Source of the DNA: Fibrobacteria bacterium | GTDB lineage: Bacteria; Fibrobacterota; Fibrobacteria; UBA11236 | Direction of reading: 5' to 3' | Assembly (NCBI GenBank): GCA_043745805.1 | Contig: JAYTSD010000008.1 | Location: 97,943 to 161,942 of the forward strand | DNA length: 64,000 nucleotides | Shown here: in pieces, positions 28,097 to 36,671 of the stretch | Position numbering within the stretch: the stretch's first letter is position 1 | How the letters are laid out: the number at the start of each line of letters is the position of its first letter | Notes under the pieces: model-generated | What the model was told of the DNA's origin: nothing | The model's database searches: none | The model's input: only the letters and a program-made list of their open reading frames with translations | Made by a program: the position numbers and the translations under genes

Positions 28097-29664
28097 TGGG
28101 GACTTTAAATTTTGTTTTACATGCCCATTTACCTTTTGTAAGGCATCCAGAACACGAACGATTTTTAGAAGAAGATTGGTTTTTTGAAGCCATAACAGAA
28201 ACTTATACTCCCCTTTTGCAAGCTTTTGAGCGTTTGCAATCCGAAGGGCTGCCTTTTAAAATCACCATGAGTATTACCCCTCCCCTTTGTGAAATGCTTA
28301 GTGATGAACTTTTGCAATCACGTTATGTCAATCATTTAAATCGCCTACGTGAACTGGCCGAAAAAGAATGTACTCGCACGAAAAATGATCCTGCCTTTTG
28401 TTATTTAGCTGCGATGTATCGCAATCGTTTTGAAGAGTGTTTTAAATTATTTTCCAGATATCATCGAAATTTATTAAACGGTTTTCGTCATTTCCAAAAA
28501 ACTGGAAATTTAGAAATCATTACTTGTGGAGCCACGCATGGTTTTCTGCCCAATCTGCGTTATGTTCCACGCTCAGTAGAAGCGCAACTTGAAGCGGCCG
28601 TAACCAATTATCAAAAACATTTTAATCAAGATCCCTGGGGGATTTGGTTAGGCGAATGTGGGTATTATCCCGGCCTTGATATTCCACTCAAACAAGCGGG
28701 GCTTAAATATTTTTTCACTGATACCCATGGCATATTACAAGGGCAACCGCCCTCGCCTAAAGGAAATTATGCGCCCGTGCAAACACCCTCAGGAGTGTAT
28801 TGTTTCGCCCGTGATCCCGAAAGTTCCAAAGCGGTATGGTCTGCCGAAGAAGGGTATCCTGGAGATTACCGTTACCGTGAGTTTTATCGCGATGTTGGAT
28901 TTGATTTGGAAATGGATTATATCAAGCCCTATATTCATCCTATAGGTTTTAGAATCAATACCGGCATCAAATATTACCGTATCACCGGTAATACGGGACA
29001 TAAAGAACCCTATGTAGAGGCTTGGGCAAAATCAGCCGCCCAAGATCATGCGCATAATTTTGTGCATAATCGACAATTGCAAATCGATTATTTAAGCCCC
29101 TATTTAGATACCCCTCCCTGCATAGTTTGCCCTTATGATGCCGAATTATTCGGGCATTGGTGGTATGAAGGTCCAATTTGGCTGGAAAATGTCATGCGCA
29201 AAATATTGACCGAACCTAGCAATATTAATTTGTCCACGCCCCGTGATTATTTACAGCAAGGTTATGTTATTCCGCAATCCCAACCGGCCTTTTCCTCATG
29301 GGGAGCAGGTGGCTATGCCGATGTATGGTTAAATGGGAGTAATGATTGGATTTATCCACATTTACATAAATGCGGAGAGCTTATGCATGCGATAGCACAT
29401 TTGCCAGAAGGAGATGCCGTCAATACTCGCGCACGCAATCAAATGGCACGAGAATTATTATTAGCTCAAAGTTCGGATTGGGCTTTCATTATGAAAACTG
29501 GCACCATGGTTGAATATGCCATTAAGCGCACACAAGTGCATGTTGACAATTGTTTAAAATTGCATCGCCAAATATTATCAAATAGCATTGATTCGGCATT
29601 TCTGGAAAATTTAGAAGCTACCAATAATATTTTTTCAGAACTCCATTATCGAATTTTCGCATAA
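28096..29664 (+). CDS. GH57-family 1,4-alpha-glucan branching enzyme (DUF1957 type)
   Basis: About 522 aa. LNFVLHAHLPFVRHPE, CGATHGFLP and PYDAELFGHWWYEGP blocks are typical of GH57 branching enzymes. Confidence 0.85.
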   Translation: MGTLNFVLHAHLPFVRHPEHERFLEEDWFFEAITETYTPLLQAFERLQSEGLPFKITMSITPPLCEMLSDELLQSRYVNHLNRLRELAEKECTRTKNDPAFCYLAAMYRNRFEECFKLFSRYHRNLLNGFRHFQKTGNLEIITCGATHGFLPNLRYVPRSVEAQLEAAVTNYQKHFNQDPWGIWLGECGYYPGLDIPLKQAGLKYFFTDTHGILQGQPPSPKGNYAPVQTPSGVYCFARDPESSKAVWSAEEGYPGDYRYREFYRDVGFDLEMDYIKPYIHPIGFRINTGIKYYRITGNTGHKEPYVEAWAKSAAQDHAHNFVHNRQLQIDYLSPYLDTPPCIVCPYDAELFGHWWYEGPIWLENVMRKILTEPSNINLSTPRDYLQQGYVIPQSQPAFSSWGAGGYADVWLNGSNDWIYPHLHKCGELMHAIAHLPEGDAVNTRARNQMARELLLAQSSDWAFIMKTGTMVEYAIKRTQVHVDNCLKLHRQILSNSIDSAFLENLEATNNIFSELHYRIFA

Positions 29665-29784
29665 TTTCTCGAAATAGTTTATCGCTTGAAAAAGGAGTAT
29701 TGAATTCCTTGTAAAAGTTATTTTTTCTCTCACTCTATTCTAATTTATAGCCTTATATTGTGGATAGAATAATAAGGGGATTTT

Positions 29785-31029
29785 ATGAGCACACGTTTGA
29801 AATTAGCAGTTATTGGATTAGGCCAATGTGGCGGTAACTTAGCCAATACCTTTGCCAAACATGGCTATCCCGCCATGGCCGTCAACACCTCCATTTTAGA
29901 TTTAAAAGAGCTTGCCAATATCCCTGAAAATCGACGAATATATGCGCCTTTAAACGATAGCGATGGTGCTGGAAAAGATCCGCGCATTGGTGAAAACGCT
30001 TTGCATTTACATACCACAAATATTCTCACTCAAGCACATGAATTTGTACAAGGTGCCGATGCCATTTTGCTTACATCAGGATTAGGTGGCGGTACCGGAA
30101 GTAACGTAGCCTTTTTAGGTAATCTATTGCGTCGCTTTAATTTACCCATTTTAATTATGTCCACCTTGCCTACGAATACCGAAAGTGCATTGTCAAAAAT
30201 CAATGCCTTGCGGAGTATTAATAAATTGGTAGCTGAAAATTTTGACTCCTGCATTCTTATAGATAATGAAAAAATTCTTTCTCAATTTCCCGATAGTAAT
30301 TTATCCACTTTTTATCCGCAAGCGAATGAATATGCCGTGCGTACGTTTACGCATTTCAATTCTTTGTCTACCGAATTTGCCAGCAAAAGCTTAATCAGTT
30401 TTGACAATGAAGATTTTAGGAAAGTATTATTTTCACGGGGTATTCTTATTTATGGCGAAACCGAAATTGCTGCCACCGAAATTTCCACCCTCGATGAAAT
30501 TTTACCTCAGCTAAAATTAATCTGGGAAAATGGCGGCCTAATGGCTGAAGGCTATAATTTTACTAGTGCGGCTGTGGGTGCAATTAGTTTTTATGCACCT
30601 TCGGAAATTCTTCAGAAAACGTCCAGCCGATTTTTAAATCAATTAGGAGAGGACTTTAAAGCTTTAACCAATGGAGCTACTTGTTATTTTGGCCTTTATG
30701 AAACACCTCCCGGAACGAGTACGGTAAAAATAAGTTCCATGCTGGGACGCTTATCCATTCCCATTCGTTTACAAGAAATGTTAGCAGGCGCTTCAAGTGA
30801 AGGGCAAAACTTAAAGCAAAAGATTAACCAAGAGTTGCCCACTTTAGATATTTCCGCATTAGAAGATATGGAATTATTTTCTAACCGTTCCGAATCTCGT
30901 TCTGTGCGCTCACTAAAAGATACAGCCATATTAGCGCGCTCCGAAATTACCGCAGCCACGACTGTGGTTTTAGAAAACCGCCCATATAGCCCAGAAGAAT
31001 ATGTGCGCTTAAAAAAAAGCAGTACCTAA
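29785..31029 (+). CDS. Divergent tubulin/FtsZ-superfamily GTPase
   Basis: 414 aa with an AAGGGGA Shine-Dalgarno. T1 loop VIGLGQCGGNLA, T4 signature SGLGGGTGSN, NxxxL block CILIDNEKIL and a T7-like LISFDNEDFRKVL. These are followed by a FtsZ-like C-terminal domain start (GILIYGETEIA) and a tail of about 90 aa. Confidence 0.8.
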   Translation: MSTRLKLAVIGLGQCGGNLANTFAKHGYPAMAVNTSILDLKELANIPENRRIYAPLNDSDGAGKDPRIGENALHLHTTNILTQAHEFVQGADAILLTSGLGGGTGSNVAFLGNLLRRFNLPILIMSTLPTNTESALSKINALRSINKLVAENFDSCILIDNEKILSQFPDSNLSTFYPQANEYAVRTFTHFNSLSTEFASKSLISFDNEDFRKVLFSRGILIYGETEIAATEISTLDEILPQLKLIWENGGLMAEGYNFTSAAVGAISFYAPSEILQKTSSRFLNQLGEDFKALTNGATCYFGLYETPPGTSTVKISSMLGRLSIPIRLQEMLAGASSEGQNLKQKINQELPTLDISALEDMELFSNRSESRSVRSLKDTAILARSEITAATTVVLENRPYSPEEYVRLKKSST

Positions 31030-31148
31030 AAGCCATCCCCCTAACTTCAGTTGACGAGAAAAAACTCTTGTCAATTCTGCCTATAAATAAATTGGTTATT
31101 CCGTCTTAAATAGCGTATAATAATTTTAGTTATTAGAGAGGACGCTTT

Positions 31149-31403
31149 ATGTTTATACTCAGTCTTGTTTGCCTATTCAGTACTTTTGGTGGCATTCTGC
31201 TTGCGCAATCGTTGAAGGGTATGCTCATTTTTAAAATGGGTTTAGAGAGAGGGCAAAAACTAATGTTTACCATTGGTATTGCCTCGGTAATTCTCGCGCT
31301 ACTTTTAAGTGCATTAAGCAGCTGCCTCGCAGGAAGCATGGGGTCTTGTCATAAGGCATGCCCTCCAGGACAAGGAATGGAAAGCTGTCCCCGTCACAAT
31401 TAG
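31149..31403 (+). CDS. Small two-TM membrane protein with Cys/His-rich C-terminus
   Basis: 84 aa with a strong AGAGAGGA Shine-Dalgarno 7 nt upstream. Two hydrophobic segments. The tail is SCLAGSMGSCHKACPPGQGMESCPRHN. Confidence 0.5.
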   Translation: MFILSLVCLFSTFGGILLAQSLKGMLIFKMGLERGQKLMFTIGIASVILALLLSALSSCLAGSMGSCHKACPPGQGMESCPRHN

Positions 31404-31475
31404 TTTTCAAATAAATTCATAATGTTATAATTATCACAATAATCATCATAAAAATCATTTAAGGTAGGAGTATCC

Positions 31476-33380
31476 ATGTCCACGGAAAATAAAGAAGCGG
31501 AATTTGAACTCAAAATAGATACCACGCATATGTCTAAAGAAAAGGCCGAAGCCTTAATGGTAGCTGAATCCGCGCGTGAAGCTAAATGGGAAAACCCTAG
31601 TTTTGCGGGTGGACTTTTTATGGGAAAATTTCAACCTGAACTTATTGTTCCTTTTCCTGAACAGGGTCCTGAAGATAAACTAATTGGTGATAAATTAATT
31701 GCTGAAGTTTCTGCATTTTTAAAAGCCAATTTAAATCCCGATGAAGTAGACCGTACGCGAGAAATTCCTAAAATCGTTCTCGATGGATTTACTAAAATGA
31801 AATTATGGGCCATGAAAATTCCAAAGGAATATGGCGGCTTAGCATTAAGCCAATATAACTACAATCGAACCATTTCTATGGTGGCATCTTATTGTGGCTC
31901 AACAGCGGTGTGGCTTTCCGCGCATCAAAGTATTGGGGTACCCCAACCCTTAAAAATGTTTGGAACGCCAGAACAAAAGAAAAAATATTTACCCCGTTTT
32001 GCCGAAGGCGCTATATCCGCTTTTGCGTTAACCGAACCGGATGTTGGTTCCGATCCTGCAAAGATGTCTACCGAAGCCGTTCCCACTGCCGATGGTAAAC
32101 ATTATATCATAAATGGAATGAAGCTTTGGTGTACAAATGGACCAGTAGCAGATATACTAGTTGTGATGGCGCGCACTCCGCCCAAAATCAAAAATGGAAA
32201 AGAGATTGCGCAAATCACTGCTTTTATTGTTGAAAAAGGTACGCCGGGTTTAGAAGTGGCGCATCGCTGCGATTTTATGGGCATAAGAGCTATTCAAAAT
32301 GGTTTAATGCGCTTTAAGGATGTAAAAGTTCCTGCGGAAAATATTATTCTCGGACCAGGTAAAGGCTTGAAATTAGCGCTTTCCACTTTAAATACTGGTC
32401 GCTTGACATTGCCTGCGGCAGCCGTTGGCATGGGCAAGCAATGCTTAAATATTGTCCGTAATTGGGCAAATGAGCGTGTACAATGGGGTTTGCCTATTGG
32501 TAAGCATGAAGCTATTTCCACTAAAATCGCCTATATGGCCTCTACTCAATTCGCTATGGAATCGGTGACTTGGTTAGCTTCCGCCATGGCTGATCAAGGT
32601 GGTTATGATATTCGCATAGAAGCGGCTATGGCCAAAATGTTTTGCTCCGAAGCGGCATGGAAAATGATCGATGAAACGATGCAAATTCGTGGCGGACGTG
32701 GCTATGAAACCGCAGAGTCATTAAGAGGACGTGGTGAAAAGGCTATCCCTACAGAACGTATGATGCGTGACTGCCGTATTAACCGTATCATCGAAGGTAC
32801 TACGGAAATTATGCATTTGTTCTTAGCGCGCGAAGCCATGGATCCCCATATGCAAGTCGCAGCGGAAATAGTATTGAAACATATTCCCATTGGCCGTAAA
32901 ATCAAAGCCGGTTTGAAAATGGCAAACTTTTATAGCAAGTGGTATCCCAGTCAATGGGTAAATACCAGTCTCTTCCCAAGCTATAATGAATTTGGTCCCA
33001 AACTTTCACGCCATATGAATTATGTAGAAAGAACATCTCATCAATTAGCCCGTTCTATTTTTCATGCCATGGGCATGTATCAAAACACACTTGAACGTAA
33101 GCAAGCTATGTTAGCGCGTATGGTGGATATTGGTACTGAATTATTTGCAATGGCCGCTACTTGTGCGAGAGCCAAAATGCTTACCGAAAAAGATCCTAAA
33201 AACCCCCATCCTGTGCATCTCGCCAATTTCTTTTGCAAAGAAAGTCGTCGTCGCATAGAAATTTTATTTGCCGGCATCAGTGATAATGATGATCGTCAAG
33301 CCAATAAAATTGCCAAAAGCTTAATGGCGGGAGAATACAAATGGATGGAGAATGATATTATTCGTTTATACGAAGATTAG
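31476..33380 (+). CDS. Long-form acyl-CoA dehydrogenase (FadE-like)
   Basis: 634 aa. ACAD signatures LTEPDVGSDPA and QIRGGRGYE, plus a C-terminal helical extension. Confidence 0.9.
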   Translation: MSTENKEAEFELKIDTTHMSKEKAEALMVAESAREAKWENPSFAGGLFMGKFQPELIVPFPEQGPEDKLIGDKLIAEVSAFLKANLNPDEVDRTREIPKIVLDGFTKMKLWAMKIPKEYGGLALSQYNYNRTISMVASYCGSTAVWLSAHQSIGVPQPLKMFGTPEQKKKYLPRFAEGAISAFALTEPDVGSDPAKMSTEAVPTADGKHYIINGMKLWCTNGPVADILVVMARTPPKIKNGKEIAQITAFIVEKGTPGLEVAHRCDFMGIRAIQNGLMRFKDVKVPAENIILGPGKGLKLALSTLNTGRLTLPAAAVGMGKQCLNIVRNWANERVQWGLPIGKHEAISTKIAYMASTQFAMESVTWLASAMADQGGYDIRIEAAMAKMFCSEAAWKMIDETMQIRGGRGYETAESLRGRGEKAIPTERMMRDCRINRIIEGTTEIMHLFLAREAMDPHMQVAAEIVLKHIPIGRKIKAGLKMANFYSKWYPSQWVNTSLFPSYNEFGPKLSRHMNYVERTSHQLARSIFHAMGMYQNTLERKQAMLARMVDIGTELFAMAATCARAKMLTEKDPKNPHPVHLANFFCKESRRRIEILFAGISDNDDRQANKIAKSLMAGEYKWMENDIIRLYED

Positions 33381-34903
33381 TTTTTCGTTTTAATTTTTTC
33401 GCTAAATCTTGGCTGCTGCAATAAAGCATTGAAGCAGCTATTCAAACTATCTAAAGAAAATACACCCGAACTTTCCAATAAGTCTTTTATGAATTTATCT
33501 GAAGAAGTTCCCGAATATTTGTTTATCAAACTTTGAAAATCATCCGATGTGAAATAAGGTTTTTTATTGTGGTATAAATCACGAATCAAAGAATAAATTG
33601 AATATTTCCCTTGCGACTGTTCATAGATATAGCGATCGATAATCATGGAGGCTTGCGCCCCTTTGGTATATACCAAATAAATAAAACCATTCGCATCGGG
33701 AAGAAATTTATAATCGCTATCTAAAGTTGAAAATAAATGATTGCGAATAATGGGATCTCGCAGCGATAAATTATGCACTGCGGGAAAGGAATCTAAATCT
33801 AAAACCAAATTATTTTTAAACAGCGTGTCCGAAATAAAACCAGCTTGATAAGCTAAAAGTAAACCCACATAATTAGCTAAGCCCTCTTTCCACCATGGAT
33901 CATTAAGCTCCCCTTGATGCACGCCTACAAAATTATGCGTTAATTCATGCAAATGCACCGCGGCATTATGGACATGTTCGGCTTTAATCCAATACCCTTG
34001 ATCACCTTCTATGCCATCAAACAAAGGTGTAATACCTACGGAATAATTATCCCCAGATAAACTTCCCAAAGAATCTTCCACCCAATTTAAGCATTTCGCT
34101 AATAGCAAATTTAAAGACGATAAGCTTGCACTATCCTCTGCTGTACGATAGGTGGTAATGGTTTTACCGCGATGCATAAAATGAGAAACCTCCACGGGAT
34201 TAATCACCGCACGTAAAAACATCAAAGCATAATTGTTCACAAAATGCGAATTCAAAGGTTGACCGACTAAAGTCATTTCCTTGGGAAGTTTAAACTCCAC
34301 ATTCGCATTCAATGCATAACGCCAATGACGGGCATAATCATTTCCTTGAAAGGGTAACAGAAAAAAATAAGCCCCATCGATTAATTGCACATTGTCCCCA
34401 ATTCCAGGAATAGGTAATCCAAATTGCTGCGAATTATTAGGCGCATAATCTATGGAATATAAAAGCTTGGTTAATCCTGCGGGAAAAACGATGAAGTGAT
34501 TACTAAGCGTATCCGACCAAACCGAAGTATCGCGACCCATGACGATTTCTCCCCAAGCATTCACGCCCTTAATTTGCGAAGCCTGTAAAGAGGGTAAAGG
34601 CAAAAGAGGATTGTCGGGATAAAAAGTTGGCGCTTGAAATAATAAAGGTTCCGCTTGCGGCCATTTTTCGATATCCATTTCAATATCACATTTGGCTTCA
34701 GGAGTTTGCGTTAATTTCACAATATAGCGAAGACTTTTTGTGGGGTTTTCAGTAACAAGGGTTTCCACGGAAGCGGTATCAAATACACATGCGGCCAAGA
34801 AAAGGCCCCAGCATATCACGAAAAACCGTTTCGAAAAAATTATTTTAACCACAGCCACCCATTTGTAAAAGGAAAACATACTTTGTTTCCTAAGGAAAAT
34901 CAC
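33377..34903 (-). CDS. Putative lipoprotein zinc metallopeptidase (gluzincin, M1-like active site)
   Basis: 508 aa with lipobox LAAC. HELTHNFVG...WWKEGLANY is HExxH plus a downstream Glu, arranged as in gluzincins. Confidence 0.55.
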   Translation of the reverse strand: MIFLRKQSMFSFYKWVAVVKIIFSKRFFVICWGLFLAACVFDTASVETLVTENPTKSLRYIVKLTQTPEAKCDIEMDIEKWPQAEPLLFQAPTFYPDNPLLPLPSLQASQIKGVNAWGEIVMGRDTSVWSDTLSNHFIVFPAGLTKLLYSIDYAPNNSQQFGLPIPGIGDNVQLIDGAYFFLLPFQGNDYARHWRYALNANVEFKLPKEMTLVGQPLNSHFVNNYALMFLRAVINPVEVSHFMHRGKTITTYRTAEDSASLSSLNLLLAKCLNWVEDSLGSLSGDNYSVGITPLFDGIEGDQGYWIKAEHVHNAAVHLHELTHNFVGVHQGELNDPWWKEGLANYVGLLLAYQAGFISDTLFKNNLVLDLDSFPAVHNLSLRDPIIRNHLFSTLDSDYKFLPDANGFIYLVYTKGAQASMIIDRYIYEQSQGKYSIYSLIRDLYHNKKPYFTSDDFQSLINKYSGTSSDKFIKDLLESSGVFSLDSLNSCFNALLQQPRFSEKIKTKN

Positions 34904-34954
34904 GACAGCAAATCATAGAATAAGACCACAGCAATATTTGTATTATGTTAGGAA

Positions 34955-36649
34955 ATGATGTCTCTACTTTATAATAAAAAGCTTAAGCTATTTCTTTGTG
35001 TCTATTCATTGAATGTAATTTGCCTTTATGCCATGCCCATGGATATAAGCCTGCCGATTTATGATTATCTCCATCGATTAGAAATGCAAAGTTTTATCTC
35101 TAAAGGGCATTTAAACTCTTTGCCACTGGCTAAAACGGAAATTCAAAATTTATTGCAGGAAGCAGAAGTAAATTCCGAAAAGCTTTCCGCGCATGAACTT
35201 GTGGAATGGGAATTGTATGCTAATGAATTTTTTCCGGAACGCCGCAAAAAAATCACACCGCTTTATTATGCCGATTCCTCGGTGGAATTACAGGGCCAAG
35301 TAGAATATTATACCGGTGGATTTTATCGCGACTCTCTCCCCCATGCCGATGCCTTTGCCTTTGGAAGCTTTAATCCAACCCTTGAGGGGTCTTGGAATAA
35401 AAATTTAAACTTCATCGCTACGGCAGGAATTGGCCAAGAGAAATCGCATTATGCCCGCTTTCACGAAAATTATGATCCTCAATTGGGCATGCCTTATAAT
35501 ACCAGCCGTGCAGGAAAAAGCGATAGTGGAAAGGCACAAAAAGCGAGCACCTTTGATGATTTCCGCACCGTAATTGGCTATGAATCCTCTTCCCTTCGTT
35601 TTGAAGCGGGTAATGACTGGAATCAATGGGGTCCGGGGCATTGGCAGCATTTAACCTTTAGTCAAAAGCCTTGGTTTTGGGTACAAGATTCCTTAAAAGC
35701 CTCTCCCGCCGCTAATTACGAAGGTTCCTCGCATCATGGATGGTCGCGTGCCGGAGAGTATCGCAGAGGTTACCGTTACCCAGGTGAATCATCACCCATG
35801 ACACAAATACGTTTAGTATTTGGCGGCAAACGCTGGAAATACACTAAATTTATGGCACAAAAAACAGGTTTATCCTCCGATAGTATAGCCTATATTATTG
35901 CCCATCGCTTAGACATTCGCGTCACCGATAATTGGAATATTGGCTTGCATGAATTGGTGGCCACCAGTGGACGAAATCCCGAATTAACCTATTTGATACC
36001 TCTAATCCCACTGAAGTATGCGGAGCATCAACTGGGAGACCGTGATAATATTGCCTTAGGATTGGATATGGAATATTATTTTTTAAATCGTGCGCGGATT
36101 TATGGTGAACTTTTTTTAGATGATTTTATTGATTTTCGACCTGACTATTGGGGCAATAAAATTGCTTTTATGCTTGGGTTCGAATGGCTAAATCCTTTTT
36201 GGAAAAACTCCCAACTATTCACCGAATATTCCCGTGTGGAACCGTGGCTATTTACGCATCAGCGTTATAATAATCAATTGCAACACTTTGGATCCTTATT
36301 AGGAAGCGAGATTCCAGCCAACTCCCATATTTTACATTTGCAATTCAATCAGTTTTTGCCCGCACAATCCCATATAGGATTTGAGTATAGTTTTATGCAA
36401 AGAAATGTAATCGACCGAGGAAGCCTTGTTTTTGACGTTCATGCCGATAGTATAGACGGCACGAGTAAAGTTTTCCTCGGCCCTAATCCCGAAACCAGAA
36501 ATAACTTTTCCTTGCTTGGTGGATATCGGTGGAAGCGCTATGTCGAACTGAATGCGGCAGCGGGTTATTTATGGGTTTCGAATTGGAAAAATAAAAATGA
36601 AGACTTATCTACACTCACTCTTGCGAGTGAGATTAAACTTCATTATTAA
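34955..36649 (+). CDS. Wzi-like capsule-assembly outer-membrane protein (tentative)
   Basis: 564 aa with a signal peptide. The N-terminal block LPIYDYLHRLEMQSFISKG...LPLAKTEIQNLL...KLSAHELVEWELYANEF matches the Wzi-family N-terminal pattern from memory. The remainder is aromatic-rich and barrel-like. Confidence 0.45.
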   Translation: MMSLLYNKKLKLFLCVYSLNVICLYAMPMDISLPIYDYLHRLEMQSFISKGHLNSLPLAKTEIQNLLQEAEVNSEKLSAHELVEWELYANEFFPERRKKITPLYYADSSVELQGQVEYYTGGFYRDSLPHADAFAFGSFNPTLEGSWNKNLNFIATAGIGQEKSHYARFHENYDPQLGMPYNTSRAGKSDSGKAQKASTFDDFRTVIGYESSSLRFEAGNDWNQWGPGHWQHLTFSQKPWFWVQDSLKASPAANYEGSSHHGWSRAGEYRRGYRYPGESSPMTQIRLVFGGKRWKYTKFMAQKTGLSSDSIAYIIAHRLDIRVTDNWNIGLHELVATSGRNPELTYLIPLIPLKYAEHQLGDRDNIALGLDMEYYFLNRARIYGELFLDDFIDFRPDYWGNKIAFMLGFEWLNPFWKNSQLFTEYSRVEPWLFTHQRYNNQLQHFGSLLGSEIPANSHILHLQFNQFLPAQSHIGFEYSFMQRNVIDRGSLVFDVHADSIDGTSKVFLGPNPETRNNFSLLGGYRWKRYVELNAAAGYLWVSNWKNKNEDLSTLTLASEIKLHY

Positions 36650-36671
36650 ACATCACCATTAACGGCTTAAT

